Shown piece by piece: positions 11,222-23,900 of a stretch of 64,000 nt of DNA. Position 1 is the stretch's first letter. Each line of letters begins with the position of its first letter. The translations under genes were made by a program, and so were the position numbers. The notes beneath the pieces were generated by a model. The model saw nothing but the letters and a program-made list of their open reading frames with translations. It was not told the origin of the DNA and ran no database searches. Source of the stretch: Lingula anatina (Eukaryota; Animalia; Brachiopoda); the NCBI GenBank assembly GCA_051362555.1, contig CM120642.1, positions 30,628,001 to 30,692,000 of the forward strand. The letters run 5' to 3'.

Positions 11222-13375
11222 TATTAAAAATAAAAACTTCACAAACATGCATATGCCTTATCTGTTATCACGACCGCGGTATTCAATAGTTAGTCAAACT
11301 ACACCTTACGCAGTTACCTTGCCATGATAGGACATATGTTTCTTTGTTGTGGAATAAATCTTTAAAAAGCACAAGCAAAGATATCTGAAAATGCAAAAAT
11401 AAGTATGAGTATCGTAATTTTTCACGTAATACAAATAAAAATTTAGTGAGTAGTTTAAAAAAACTTTTACATCATGAACCATTGGTGCTACTCGAGTGTG
11501 GTGTTGATAGTGGGGGCATGTTCATATTTCTAGGTACCATCTTCTTCATCGTCGTGCTGCCTTTCATTTTCTTCGAAATCCCGTTCTTCCCCATCGACAC
11601 CACGGTGGCCGTTATGATTGGCGCCCTCTTCATGGTCGGAACCACCGTCATCACCCAGGAGCACACCTACGAGATTCTGGGAGAGGTAGAAAACCTGAGG
11701 ACGATCTTTCTGTTGATGGGCATGATGCTGATGGCGCAGTATTTCGAGCGAGAGCTCATCATCAACAAGATCTTGAAGCGGTTTCTCAAGAACAACACAA
11801 GCATGTATGGCTATTTGTGGAGAGTAGGACTCATGTGTTTCATATTGTCAGCGCTCTTTACCAACGACGCCGTCTGCCTGATCGTGACCCCCCTGGTCCT
11901 CCGACACTGGGCCCAGCAGAAGAGGCAGCACGATGAGCTAGAGACCGTCTTGCTGTGTATTGCTACCAATTCAAATATCGGCAGTTCGATGACCATTTTT
12001 GGCAACCCACAAATGGCTCTTATTGCCTCCGTCACCGACTCCCACCCTTACAGCCGCCTGGACCTCCTCACGTGCCTCATGTACATCGGAGTGCCTGCCA
12101 TAATTGGGTATTTTCTCAACCTGGCCTTCTTACTCATGCACTACAAATATGGCTGTATGACCAAAAGTGCCTCTCCGCCGTTGTTAGGATACGACAGCAA
12201 CGACCCACTGGACTTCACCATGGGCGATCAGCAAAACACCTTTCTGGAAGAGTCTGGGTCCGTTCTCAGTAATTCGGGGCGAGCGGGAGGGCAAGACCGC
12301 ATCAAAGAGACTTGCGTCGACGGTCGCGAGAGGAAAAGCAAGGAGAACGCTGGCGCTGACGATGTCAGAGTTTGTACCCCCTCGACAGATACTAAAGAAG
12401 AGAAAAAGAATCCAGATGCTTATGGTCCAACTGAATCCTTGCCGTTTCATATTTGCCTGTGCCTGACAATGACCCTTGTAGTGGTGCTCTTCATCGCATC
12501 CACCAAGGAGGTACCCTTTGACATTGGTAGGTCGCTTTCGTTTTCTCGTTCTTAAATAATCATTATTTAAAAAAACATACATTATAAGCTTGATTTTCTA
12601 ATCTGAATTTTAAAAAAGAAAAAAAAGCTATGTGAAATGCGTTTTCTTTAAACATGGGCAATGTCAGTGCATAAAAGGGAAGGGAGTTTGGATGGGGAGG
12701 GGGAGGGGACATAAAAACGGAAAATGTTACACGTAATTTTGCATGCAAAAGAGATAAAAAAAAAACAAACTACGTACAAAATACGTATTTTACTATGTGT
12801 CCACTTGCCCTTTTAAATCTTTCTTCACTCGTTATATTTCAGGTTTGGTCCCTATGGCCGGTGCCACCCTGATCATGATCTCCGACGCCATCATCAACAA
12901 GCGTAACGCCCTGCAGACAATGAAGAGAATAGACTGGGACGTCCTGGTTCTCTTCTTCGGCTTCTTCGTCTGGCTGGGCGCGTACAACCACACCGGCATA
13001 CCACGCTGGTTCTGGATGCAGTTGGGCTTGGACCACAACGAGATGAAAAGCTTCGTAGAAATTGTGATCATGGTCAGTTTTGTCATTGTAGGCTCCAATC
13101 TGTTCAGTAACGTGCCTCTGTGTATTTTGGTGTTGGCGCAGCTAGATCCGTGCAAGAAGCAGCTGGGGATGGTGCTTTTTCTCGGCTGGGTTTCTACCGT
13201 TGCCGGGAACTTAACGCTGTTTGGAAGCGTCGCCAATTTGATAGTTGCTCAAAAGTCTCTGACCACCCTGAAGTTTAGGCTGACATTCTGGGCATACTTG
13301 AAATACGGATTCATTACCACGCTGATCATTTGCATTCTAGGCGTGCTCATTATCTACGGACTACTACTGATATGA
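10501..13375 (+). CDS. Lsi2-like / ArsB-CitMHS (ion transporter superfamily) membrane transporter, 559 aa, 3 exons
   Basis: Exons 10501-10654, 11534-12526, 12843-13375 join via phase-1 GT-AG introns (1680 nt). Motifs: [96 protein letters not shown]; these parallel plant Lsi2 ([36 protein letters not shown]). Confidence 0.9.
11177..11220. repeat. (AAT)n microsatellite in transporter intron 1
   Basis: Visible directly; source of the poly-Tyr ORF 10949-11248. Confidence 0.95.
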
Positions 13376-16300
13376 TCATTTTTGCATTACGTTTGTTCTT
13401 TGTTATCAAACTTGATAAACACAATACTTGTATATAAAAGTTGATTTATCGTTTATTTAAATGGAATTATTTGCTATTTCAACTATATCTAAACAAATTT
13501 ATAGTATCTATATATCTGTACATAGTGGACGGAATTTATAAATAAATTTTCCTTTTGGATTCGAGCTTTAAATCGAGCAGTTTCATTGTGTTCTAGTTCT
13601 TAGATTGTTTGATAAACACACATAAAAATGCTTTTTTGACATTTTGTCCATGAATAAATATTAAGCAAAGCTGATATTGATATTTTTTTACTCCCGTCTT
13701 TATTTTCTTCATCATTATTATTATTTGTACTCGATATAATTGTTTTCGTTATTTTGAAAATGGAAACCTTTAACTGCGAATCATTTTGCTACTGTGGCAC
13801 TTCTACAGCCCCCGCGCTTTGTTTCTATGGACTTCTCGTGCTACTGTAACTGGTAATACAGCCACCACCTGGGTTTGTCGTCTCCGTGTGCTTCCATGTC
13901 GTAACGCAATTTTTATCAGTTAACGAAGTCAAGGGGAAACTTGGTTGCATATCATCTTCAAACTTACAGGTTCTTATAGTACTGAAATGCACCCGAAGTA
14001 AAAAAAAACTACCTGGATTGATTAATTTCGTATGCAAGGATGCCCCATTTTGTAATTTTTTTTACTTTTACACAAATTTCCACTATCCAAGTATCTGTTT
14101 ACGTGGATCGGTGGGTATAAAACCCTGTACATTTATGTTTTATTGGAAGAGTTTTGTACATGTGTAGATCTACTACTGCCCTTTTGACAGCACGTGCTAC
14201 CTTTTTTCCTTTCAATAACAGTAGAATATTTGCTGTCATTTTAATTTCTATCGTGTAATGTTGTAGAGTTCGTCACAAAATCACCCATAGAACTCGGCCT
14301 GCATAATTTATTTATTGTACAACTTAGCTGCGCAAAATAGTCTTTTTCCTCATCATGTACTGACGTCACTAGGTGTCGCCAGTGGCCGAGAACTAGCGTT
14401 GCGCCAAGGCATTGAAGTTGGGTCTTGACCAACAGTAAAACTTTTGTCCACATTATCTCGTACTACCAACTGGCTACATTTAGAAATCAAGTTAAGAACA
14501 ACCAAGGGAATTGACCAATTTGAACGAAACACATCACTGACTAATACGACGTCGGGAAAGCGATTTACTAAAAAAAGTAGAATAAATCAATAAGAAAATA
14601 ACGAAGTTGTGCAAATTAAATTTTTCATGTTTTGTATTATCAACAAATTAAAACAAGACATCGACAATGGTATGGCACAAAAATTTTAATAAAAAATTAA
14701 AAGAAACGCATCCAGTGACAACTAGGTAAGATAGACCACGTTGAATTTCTAACATGCCTTTTCGCTACAGCCTACTCGGAAAAAAAAGTCTACTAAATAT
14801 GTTTTGTATAAATATACCATTTGGCACTTACGAAGTGGAAAGCGCTGTCTCGGCAAATGTGTATAAACAATTAGATTGACTGTTTTAAAGCGTCACACGA
14901 CGACCTTTCATTTGTTAAGGAAAAAAAACAAACATTTTTTTTCATAAATTTATTTTATTTTTAGATTTCACTTGCGCCAAGCATTCAAACGAATCAAGTT
15001 CCATAAAACAGATAACATAAAGCAACATATTGTAAAGAGCATAGCAATCCATAATCAATCGACCAAACCAAATAGCACTTTGACAGCAATTTTACCGTAA
15101 GCATCTACTAATATTACAAATCGGGCCTTTTTTTATTACTATCACGAGTGGTGGATTAAAACAAAGACTGCAATGTGAATAAATGCACAATAGATGTCAC
15201 CACATGCTGGTGGTTACTATAGAGTCAGCAGCCCACGCGCTAGTGGCTACAAGACAAGCTTCCATACCCACAATCATACAACAAATTTAACAAAATCGTC
15301 AGCTCAAAATAGAGATATTGAGGATCACAATGCTCATTGCATGGTCACCATAAACAGGCAACAAATCCCGTTATTCTAAACAAATCCAGTTTATGGAAAG
15401 ACAAACATTCTCAGATACTCGCAAACGATGCACCCATTCTTTAAGCACTGGGCCTTACTGCCATACCCTTAAATTCTGCTATATAAAATAACGGTTATGA
15501 GACAATTGATAAAATAACAAGGTATCTTAATTAAGGTGCATAAAATTGACCGTTTTGGGCACACTTACAAGTCTCTTTTGGTTGTTGTTACAATTTTGGG
15601 AACGCCATGGAAATAAAGACATTTTAAAGAGCAGTTTCTTTCTTAAAAGTAAGATTTGACTGACACTGACCTTGCTTTTAATATTCCACTTGGGGTCATA
15701 TCAAGCAGAATTTTAATTACAAAAATATATATTTAACCTTAAAACATTTTGGGGAAATAAAAATGGAAGAACCCAAGTCCCAAGAACAACAACAAAAATC
15801 GAAATAACCCTATTTATACTTATGCTAGTATCTACTTCAAAACAACTCTGTAATATTAAATATCTAGCATTGTGAATTATTCCAAAAACTAATTTAACTA
15901 AACATTTTTTTACTCATTATATTTTACACAGGCTAAAAATTCAGCTTTCTTTCCATAAATATGGTGTGGATCCAAAACAAACTTCATGCCTATGTACTAT
16001 AAAGTTCAACATATTCTAGGCCCCAATTATTGGCAGCACTCTCACATAATAATCTATGGTCCCTTCATGAAAACTAGTGCCACCTATCATACCGTTTTCT
16101 GGATGTGACAACTAATGGACTCTACGTGTTGCACTAAACAATGTATTTATTTATACTGCACTCAACAATTGGTCCCTTTCGCACATCATTACAAACTGTA
16201 GGCATTATTAACACTTTAAAATGCATTAACGATAATCTTTAAATACATATATAACGGAATGGGCAATCACTTAATTTGCTATATGGAATACACTGGCTTA

Positions 16301-17947
16301 AAATATCTGCCAAATAAATTAATAAGAATTAGTTCAGTATTAAATCATTTATATAATATACGATAGCTTTATACTAATAGTCATCATACACTAAATACTC
16401 ATATTGAGATGGAAAGAACTAAAGGATGACCCCTTTAATCTTGGGTTATTTATCAGTCCCTAGACCACTCAAGAAAGGATGGAAGAAGGGGGAGGTTCTA
16501 TCAATAGTTCAACCATCATTTTCCACCCCTTAAAATTAAATACTTTTGGCTTGTTGATCTACATTTACAGTTTACTCAACACGTTTTGCACATGTTTTGT
16601 CTCCATACTCTACACACAGCACTACTAGGAATGAGTGACATTAATACCCAACCCTGAGATTTTCAGAATTTTTTTTCTACACAAGTTCTCGTGTGATCGT
16701 GCTTTCAGTGTAATGTAATTCAAATAATTGCATTAAAATTTAACAATAATATGATTAAGCATACATATCAACATTAGCTGACTTTTCTTTCATTTATAAC
16801 CACATAGTTACATAGTTTGCTAACAAATAATTGGGACATGTACAAAACAAATAGATAAAGCCTTACCACCCTTCTGATACCTAAGACAAGTTTAACAGAA
16901 AGTTTTTGCTACAAAATGAGACATACTTGGCTCATTAGCTAGAGATATTTTTGATAGACTTGTTAACCTGGATTATTCTGTACATTCCTAATGAGGGATT
17001 CAGCAGTACAAACACTTGTTACATTTAATACTAGCAGTATTCTATTAACATGGAGGTTATGATTTTTTTTTTAGACTAACAGGCATTTGCTATTTGGGAA
17101 AGGCAGCATTTCTATAATAATGATACATATCCTTTTCAACTATAAACATCCCTCTTTATTTAGCTAACTTCTACTGTTATTTCAACCATGTAAAGGCATT
17201 CACCAAACACAGGCACAGAATGTTTGAAAGACTTGGAACTTTTGTCTTATATTCTATACTTCCCAAATGTCATCCCATATTGGCTGAGGGCTTCATGCTT
17301 CACAGATTGTGCAATTTTTGTAGAAACACCACACATTTTCACAGCACCATCCATGCATACTGTCAGTGATCCGGGTCCATTTGTAAGTGAACTATACATA
17401 TATAAATAATAGATAACCTTCCACTTGTTTTCAAGTATATGTAATCAACTATATACACTTCGTCATGGATTCCACCCACGGTTCTGCTATCAAGGAATCC
17501 GTCTGGCATTGATCCTTGGAGGCAGGACTGGTGTTGTTTTAGCATCAATATTTCTTTGAACTAATCAGTTATCAAATATGCTCATTTTTCATTCTCAGAC
17601 TTCATGTTGAGCCCGTCTTGGATGCACGCCACCTTGGGTTATGTATCACAGTAGCCAAGGTGTTCAATATTCTTTTTTTGTGCAAATGCAACAAAGTAAA
17701 CGAATGCTGTTCTTGGTATATGTCTGACCATGCGCTGGAATGAAATACTGCAGCAGTCTCTTTTATAGCAAGGGCAATTTCAAGAAACAATGTTCATAAC
17801 ACATGTAACTGTGATTAATGATGTTCCCCTTACTCATGTTCACTGATTATTCAACATTTTGGTTCTTTGCTGCATTATTACCATACAATCAACCCCAACT
17901 GCAGTTTGATCATAGCTCCAGTGTAGAAAACAACTCATATAAGTAAA

Positions 17948-20900
17948 TCAGAATAGAAGATCTGATGTTGCAGATTCTGACCAGGCAAAGTCATCATCAG
18001 CAGGTTTGACTGAGAGATCTTCGGGGTCTGGTTGTGGCTCCTCTTGTTTAGGTGGAGCCACTGGTTCCTCCTGGTACATGTTCATACCAAACTGGTAATC
18101 CATCTGAAAACGGCCCTTGTAGCTAGACAGACCAGAACCTGGGAGAAAACGATCAAGAAAAAAGGCACTGCTTTAGAAAATCAAACTTTTCAAATTTTAT
18201 AAATCACTTTGTATCATCAAGATATAATTAAAACAATAGGGGTGAAACAAATGATGAAAAACAAGCTTAGTTAAGAGAACCAAAGCTTATCCAACAAAGT
18301 AAAAAGGATGAAAGTATCACTTTTTGATTAAGTAATAAAATTTGGGCAAGAATTTTAACAAGCACGTCTATCTTAAAAACACTTCAACATTTCAGACAAC
18401 AGAAAATATTTATCTCTATAGAGATCTTGTGACTTTTTCAGAGAAAGGGGGGCTGGAATATGAAAAATATATCTTCAAATGTTTGCCAGAATTGTTCTGA
18501 ACTATCAAGCTTTCTCAAACAGTTCTCAAGGACAGTTTCTACATTCAGATTCAGATGGAATGTTGCACTTTCAAGATTCAAGAATCAGCGTGTCAAAAGT
18601 GAAACCTACCCCCACTCCCAAGGCCTTGCAGAGATGACAAACTACTGTTACTGCTCTTGTTACTGTTGTTATCAATGCTCATAGTGAGCACATCTTCCTC
18701 GTCCTCATCATTGTCCATGTCAGGGCTGTCTTGGATATCGTCCACGTCTAGTTTGACGCCTTGGGAACGGAGCATGTTCAGCATGCAGTCTTCAGAGGGG
18801 TACTCATGTATGCTGGCCAGCTGGTCATTGCTGAAACTGACCGCCAGCTGGAATGACATCAATGGTTTTAATATTAATGCACAACATGGCATAATGTAAA
18901 TACTTCATTTACGTGCAGTAAATTAAATAGTGGATAAAAAACAATCTGTTTATTTGAAGAGAATGATCCATGAAAATAATTAATGATGGACCTACACAAA
19001 CCAATGTTGATCTACTGTTATACATTAATTGTTACTTGTCATATGCCAAAGTAATAATTCAGCTTGTACTGAGGAAGTTGCAATGCTGAATATTTATATC
19101 TAAACAAACTACAAAGAATCTTCATCATTCTGACTCAAAAGCTTCATTTGGCTCAACATGAAAGGGGGGGAGGGGTTAAGTTTTATTTTTAACTGAAATG
19201 CGGAGATATTCTTTGTAGACATCATATACCTGTTGGGAGAGCAACTAAAAGATCCAGCTTTCTAATTCCCTAAACACATGAAAAATTATTCCGGGTACAT
19301 TTTTAATCACATTTATACTTATACATCACCTACCAAGACAGGTGACTCACATAAACTTAATATCCATCCAGCGTGATAACCCCAATAAATAGGTGTAATT
19401 ACAACCTGTAAGAATCTAGATATGTCAAGTTATTGCCGCCAGCACTCTCTCCCCACTAGTGCAACCTAAAACTGTGAATGGTTTTGGTATGCTCTGAATG
19501 AAAGCTGCTTAAAGGTTTATAGTTCCATTAAAAAAAATTAATAAAAAAAAATAATAAAAAATTCTTCTTACTAAATAGTCTGTAATATTTTAATTAAGGT
19601 AGGGTAATTTATCAATGATCCCACTTCCACAACAATATTCCCTTCATTTTTAAAAGATAAATTTATTTACTTAAAACAACACATTATCACAAATATCAAG
19701 GCCATTTATTTTCAACCTGCACCGTGTTTACCTATCTCAATCAAGGCAAGCATAGCTGGCATTAATACTGAAGTGGTCATGCAACCTCCATGACTAACAT
19801 CCTACAGGCAGGCTGACAGACTGAAAGACAGTCGTCTTCTACCCTTTTTCCACTGCCTCCAACATTTCACGCATGATCTACTGGATGAATCGCAGGAAAT
19901 AAATAACCTTTAAAACAATATTTAACCTTGTAGCAACATTTCTGCTGGTGAATATTTCATGCACAAAACTAGTGGTCTAGTAATTTACCCAGTGTGGCAA
20001 AAGAAGCACTAGTTGACTCACATCAAGCAATCATCATTAATTTAGGATGTACACAGAAATGTGTCACACTATTTTTTTTTTTTTTTTTTTTTTTTGAAAT
20101 CCATTTTGTCTAAACAATGATTTCATGTTGCAATACTGATAAAAAAACTAAAACCACAAAACTGTAAAACGTCCCTAGCCTCTTACATCAGCAAGAACCC
20201 CAGACACATTCATCACAAATGTGCTGATGATTCAGCCATAAGCCACTTTCCTCTCCACATAACTCTTACCCTGGTCACGCTTATCAAGGTCTCATAATAT
20301 GTTTTGTCACATAACATAATGACGATTTCAAAATTAACATTCTGGTAGCTTGATCACATCCAATATCTAATTTCCAGTGAAATATTACCATTACAGTTCA
20401 CAATATTAAGACATTTACGTAAGCTTTTTTTTTTTTTTTTTGTGAGCTACAAGACTGATATATTAGTGCAAACAATATCATGAAAATGCTGGCTACCAGT
20501 GTGAATACAGCATTAAATCTGTTACTTTTTTCATCTTAAGTAATCAGTGTTATTGCCAAGATAAATGACAAACTGAAAAAGACCTCGAGTTTAATTAAGT
20601 CTGTCAATAGCATTGTTTGAGGATATTACATGCATCACACGTCTCTGTTAAATTGCTAGATTCAAACAGCGAGGAGTTCATAACAATAAGACAGGTTTTT
20701 CATATGGAAATCGGGGGAAAAGCACGCACCTTTTCTCATCAAGAAGAAAAACCACATTATTTCAAATTTAATACACTTAAGGTCCTTAACAGTGTCAAAA
20801 CCATTATGTATATGACTAACATGATGAAAAGAAGAAATGTAACCTATTGTGTATATTCAACATGCTCTCACATCTATGTACGTCATTCTTTTACTGTTCA

Positions 20901-23900
20901 ATTATGCCCACTTTTTGCACAACCTAATTTTCCTGAGGATTCATGATAGTCACCCACTACTCAAGATTTCCATTTTCAACTGCTGTATCTGCATATATAT
21001 GCATCTCCGTGACGAAGACCTGAAAACAGGTCTAATAAACTGATGAGATTTGAGATTTGATACCAGAAGTGAATGCGCAGCTATCAATTACTTCACACCT
21101 GAGTCAGCGGACACGTGTTGTGGAAGTGTGCCCTCCCTCTCATTGTAGTCCAGTCATATTTATCGGGTTTTAAGCACTCTCTAACATCTATTAAAGCTGG
21201 ATCATTTCGGCCAAATCAACCTGTTGAATCAAATCAAGGATATAAGGATGGGGGGGGGGGGGGGGGTACCATTTTGCTAAAATTGACCACAGTCACTACT
21301 AGTATTTGCGTGAATTGGAGCTGGTCGGCAGCTGGTCGGTTATAAGCACTATAACCGACCAGCTGCATAAGAAACTCTTCACCTTTTATAACAACACAAC
21401 AACAGGTATGTGTACTAGTAATGATTCCATAAAAAACTGCCCTCTACTACAATGTCAACTGTCTCTCTGGAATGATGGTGACATATCTATAGCAATGTCA
21501 TCCTTGGAAAAAACAGTCTGCATTTCAGTCTTATGATCCCTCTCTCTCTCTCACATAAAAATCTTATAATCTTATTTGATTGTCCAATTTATAAAGATTT
21601 AAGAAAAAAATGGTTTGAAAAAGTAAAAGTGGGTGATCTTATCTTTCATGACCTGGAAGTGGTTAAAGAGAGACCTCAAGTGCTTTTTACAGATTTTCAT
21701 AGAAGCACAGCGGGGTTTCTCATTAACTGCTTTCAGGTCAGAAAGAAGCTTCTATATAACTAATGTTTGGTAACCGGTGACTCTGTAAGCCCATAGGGCT
21801 GGGCCGTTACTTATATATTCACATTATTGTATTATATTTGTATATATTCGGCATTGTCACAGAAATAAATCAATTTAACTATAAGATCTGAGTATATATA
21901 AACTGAAATACTATACAGGATTTTATCAATGAACCCAAGGTGTGGTAAACGAGCCATATAACATATCAATTATAATTGTAAAACAAACAGTATTAGCAAG
22001 CAATAAGGTCAATCATATTCAGCGGTGTTGGCAGTGATATTATTTGTATGTATGCCAAAACTCAGCATAGACATTATCATAAATACTGATTATATTCAAC
22101 ACCTCCTATCAATATAAAAATTAATTATAATCATACTGGCATTCTCTTTAAAAGAACTGAACATCTGTCACAACAAACTAAGTAATTACCTCACTGTAGA
22201 AGTCAGAATTAAAGAGACCCCACACTAGATCTCATGCATTAATTATTTCTTGAGGAAAAAAAATTATTCAAAAAGAGGAAGGTAGATTTACATTTGCATG
22301 AACCTCCACTTAAATAAATAAACAAGGGTCAATACATTCTGTGTGTAAAAAACATGCTCAGTGATTTTGTAAGCAAATCTTTAGGGCACTTTTTATTGCT
22401 TGAAATTAAACATGTTACAAATGATAACAACAACACATTCACAATATTAAACACATGTTAACATGTCTTTAAAATAAATAAATAAATAAAAGCACATAGG
22501 GACTGATTCAATCATATTATCTTCAGATGTCAAATGACATATTTCTGCCTGTTTCTGAGTTACATTAATTCTGATGTGCACACAGCATACAACTATAATC
22601 TGTTGTCTCATCATAAAAGCACCGTCTTAATTACCCATGAACTAGACCATAGCATACCAAAAACGCATTACTTACAAACAGCCTCCGTACTTCAATCACA
22701 CTCAAGAGGACTGGGCCCATTAAGACTTCATATAAGCATTACCCCCCCCCCCCCCCTCCTCCACCTGTGACTCTTTTTTTTTATTTCTTACAAAATCTTT
22801 CTGGGTATGTAAGCTATTATAGTTTAGCTTGTTGCAAGTTAATTCTGATATATTATTGTCCCATGCCCTAATTACGACAAACTAGTACTAATAACATTCT
22901 GATGAATCCATATTTGTCCTATCAGACAGCAATTTTCCCTTCCATAACATCTGTATCGCATTTATTCAATCACTCTATTCTTCCTGACTAGTGCTAGATT
23001 GTAGAACTGGGGCTAAACTAGTTCCCTTTTCTTTTTCACAAGATATGAATAAATGAAGATTTGCACAGGGCTTACACAAGATTTTACACAAAATGGAAAA
23101 CTTATTTAAACGTGATAAAAATAAGGCTTATCAGCAGATCCTCAGTGGCATTCATCATTTATAAGAGGGGTGGAGAGGACGTTATCAGCAGTAAAACCAT
23201 CATGGCCACGAGTACTTCATCATGGATATATTGCTGTTCATAACTGATTGGGGATCCAACAAGGCCATATATAATAGTAACTGCTCAAGTCCAATATGGT
23301 TAATTTGTAGGTGTGTGTTTACACTGAGACAGATTGCCCCCTCCCTGTATATTACCCTTCTCCTTTGATGGTCTGATGAAGTAATGTACTAGTAAGCTAG
23401 TTACATGTATATACAGAGCTAGGGTAGCACTAGCAATTCTATCCCCTTTACCAAATCGTTACTTTTTTTATCACTGTTTTCTCCAAATGGTTTAAATTTG
23501 ACAAAAACAAGTCAAATCAACCCTATTTTGTTTAGGCCAATTTTAAGTCAGTTTTAGCATTTGGTTCAATTGGCGAGTGTGAGTGCTATCCCAGGGCAGT
23601 GTACTTTATATATGTGTTTATGTGTAAACAGTATGTGCAGAGCTAGGCACTGCAAGGAATGGACTTCAGAGAAAAGAGATTGTACATTGTTACCTGTGAT
23701 AAGCCAATCTCAATCAGACAGTCCACATACAGTACATAAATGGAAGAGTTGTACCAAGAAAGATGGCCTATTTTCCATGTTAGCATGTCTGAAGTCATTC
23801 TAGCCTAAATCACTGTAATTGCTACTGCGGCACTGCCCCATATTGTTAACCAAATAGCAGCAATACCAGACATTGTAATGAACGTCATCGTCATCGTCTC

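Noticed and set aside
10949-11248. 99-aa ORF with a poly-tyrosine run
   Set aside because: Translation of the (AAT)n microsatellite inside transporter intron 1.
11446-11533. N-terminal extension of the 369-aa ORF as the transporter start
   Set aside because: Non-ATG start; it is intronic sequence before the acceptor at 11533, and exon 1 at 10501 supplies a Kozak ATG in the right phase.
11472-13236. Antisense/alternate-frame ORFs over the transporter (e.g. 12184-12582, 12832-13236)
   Set aside because: Shadow ORFs of a GC-richer coding region, with no motifs.
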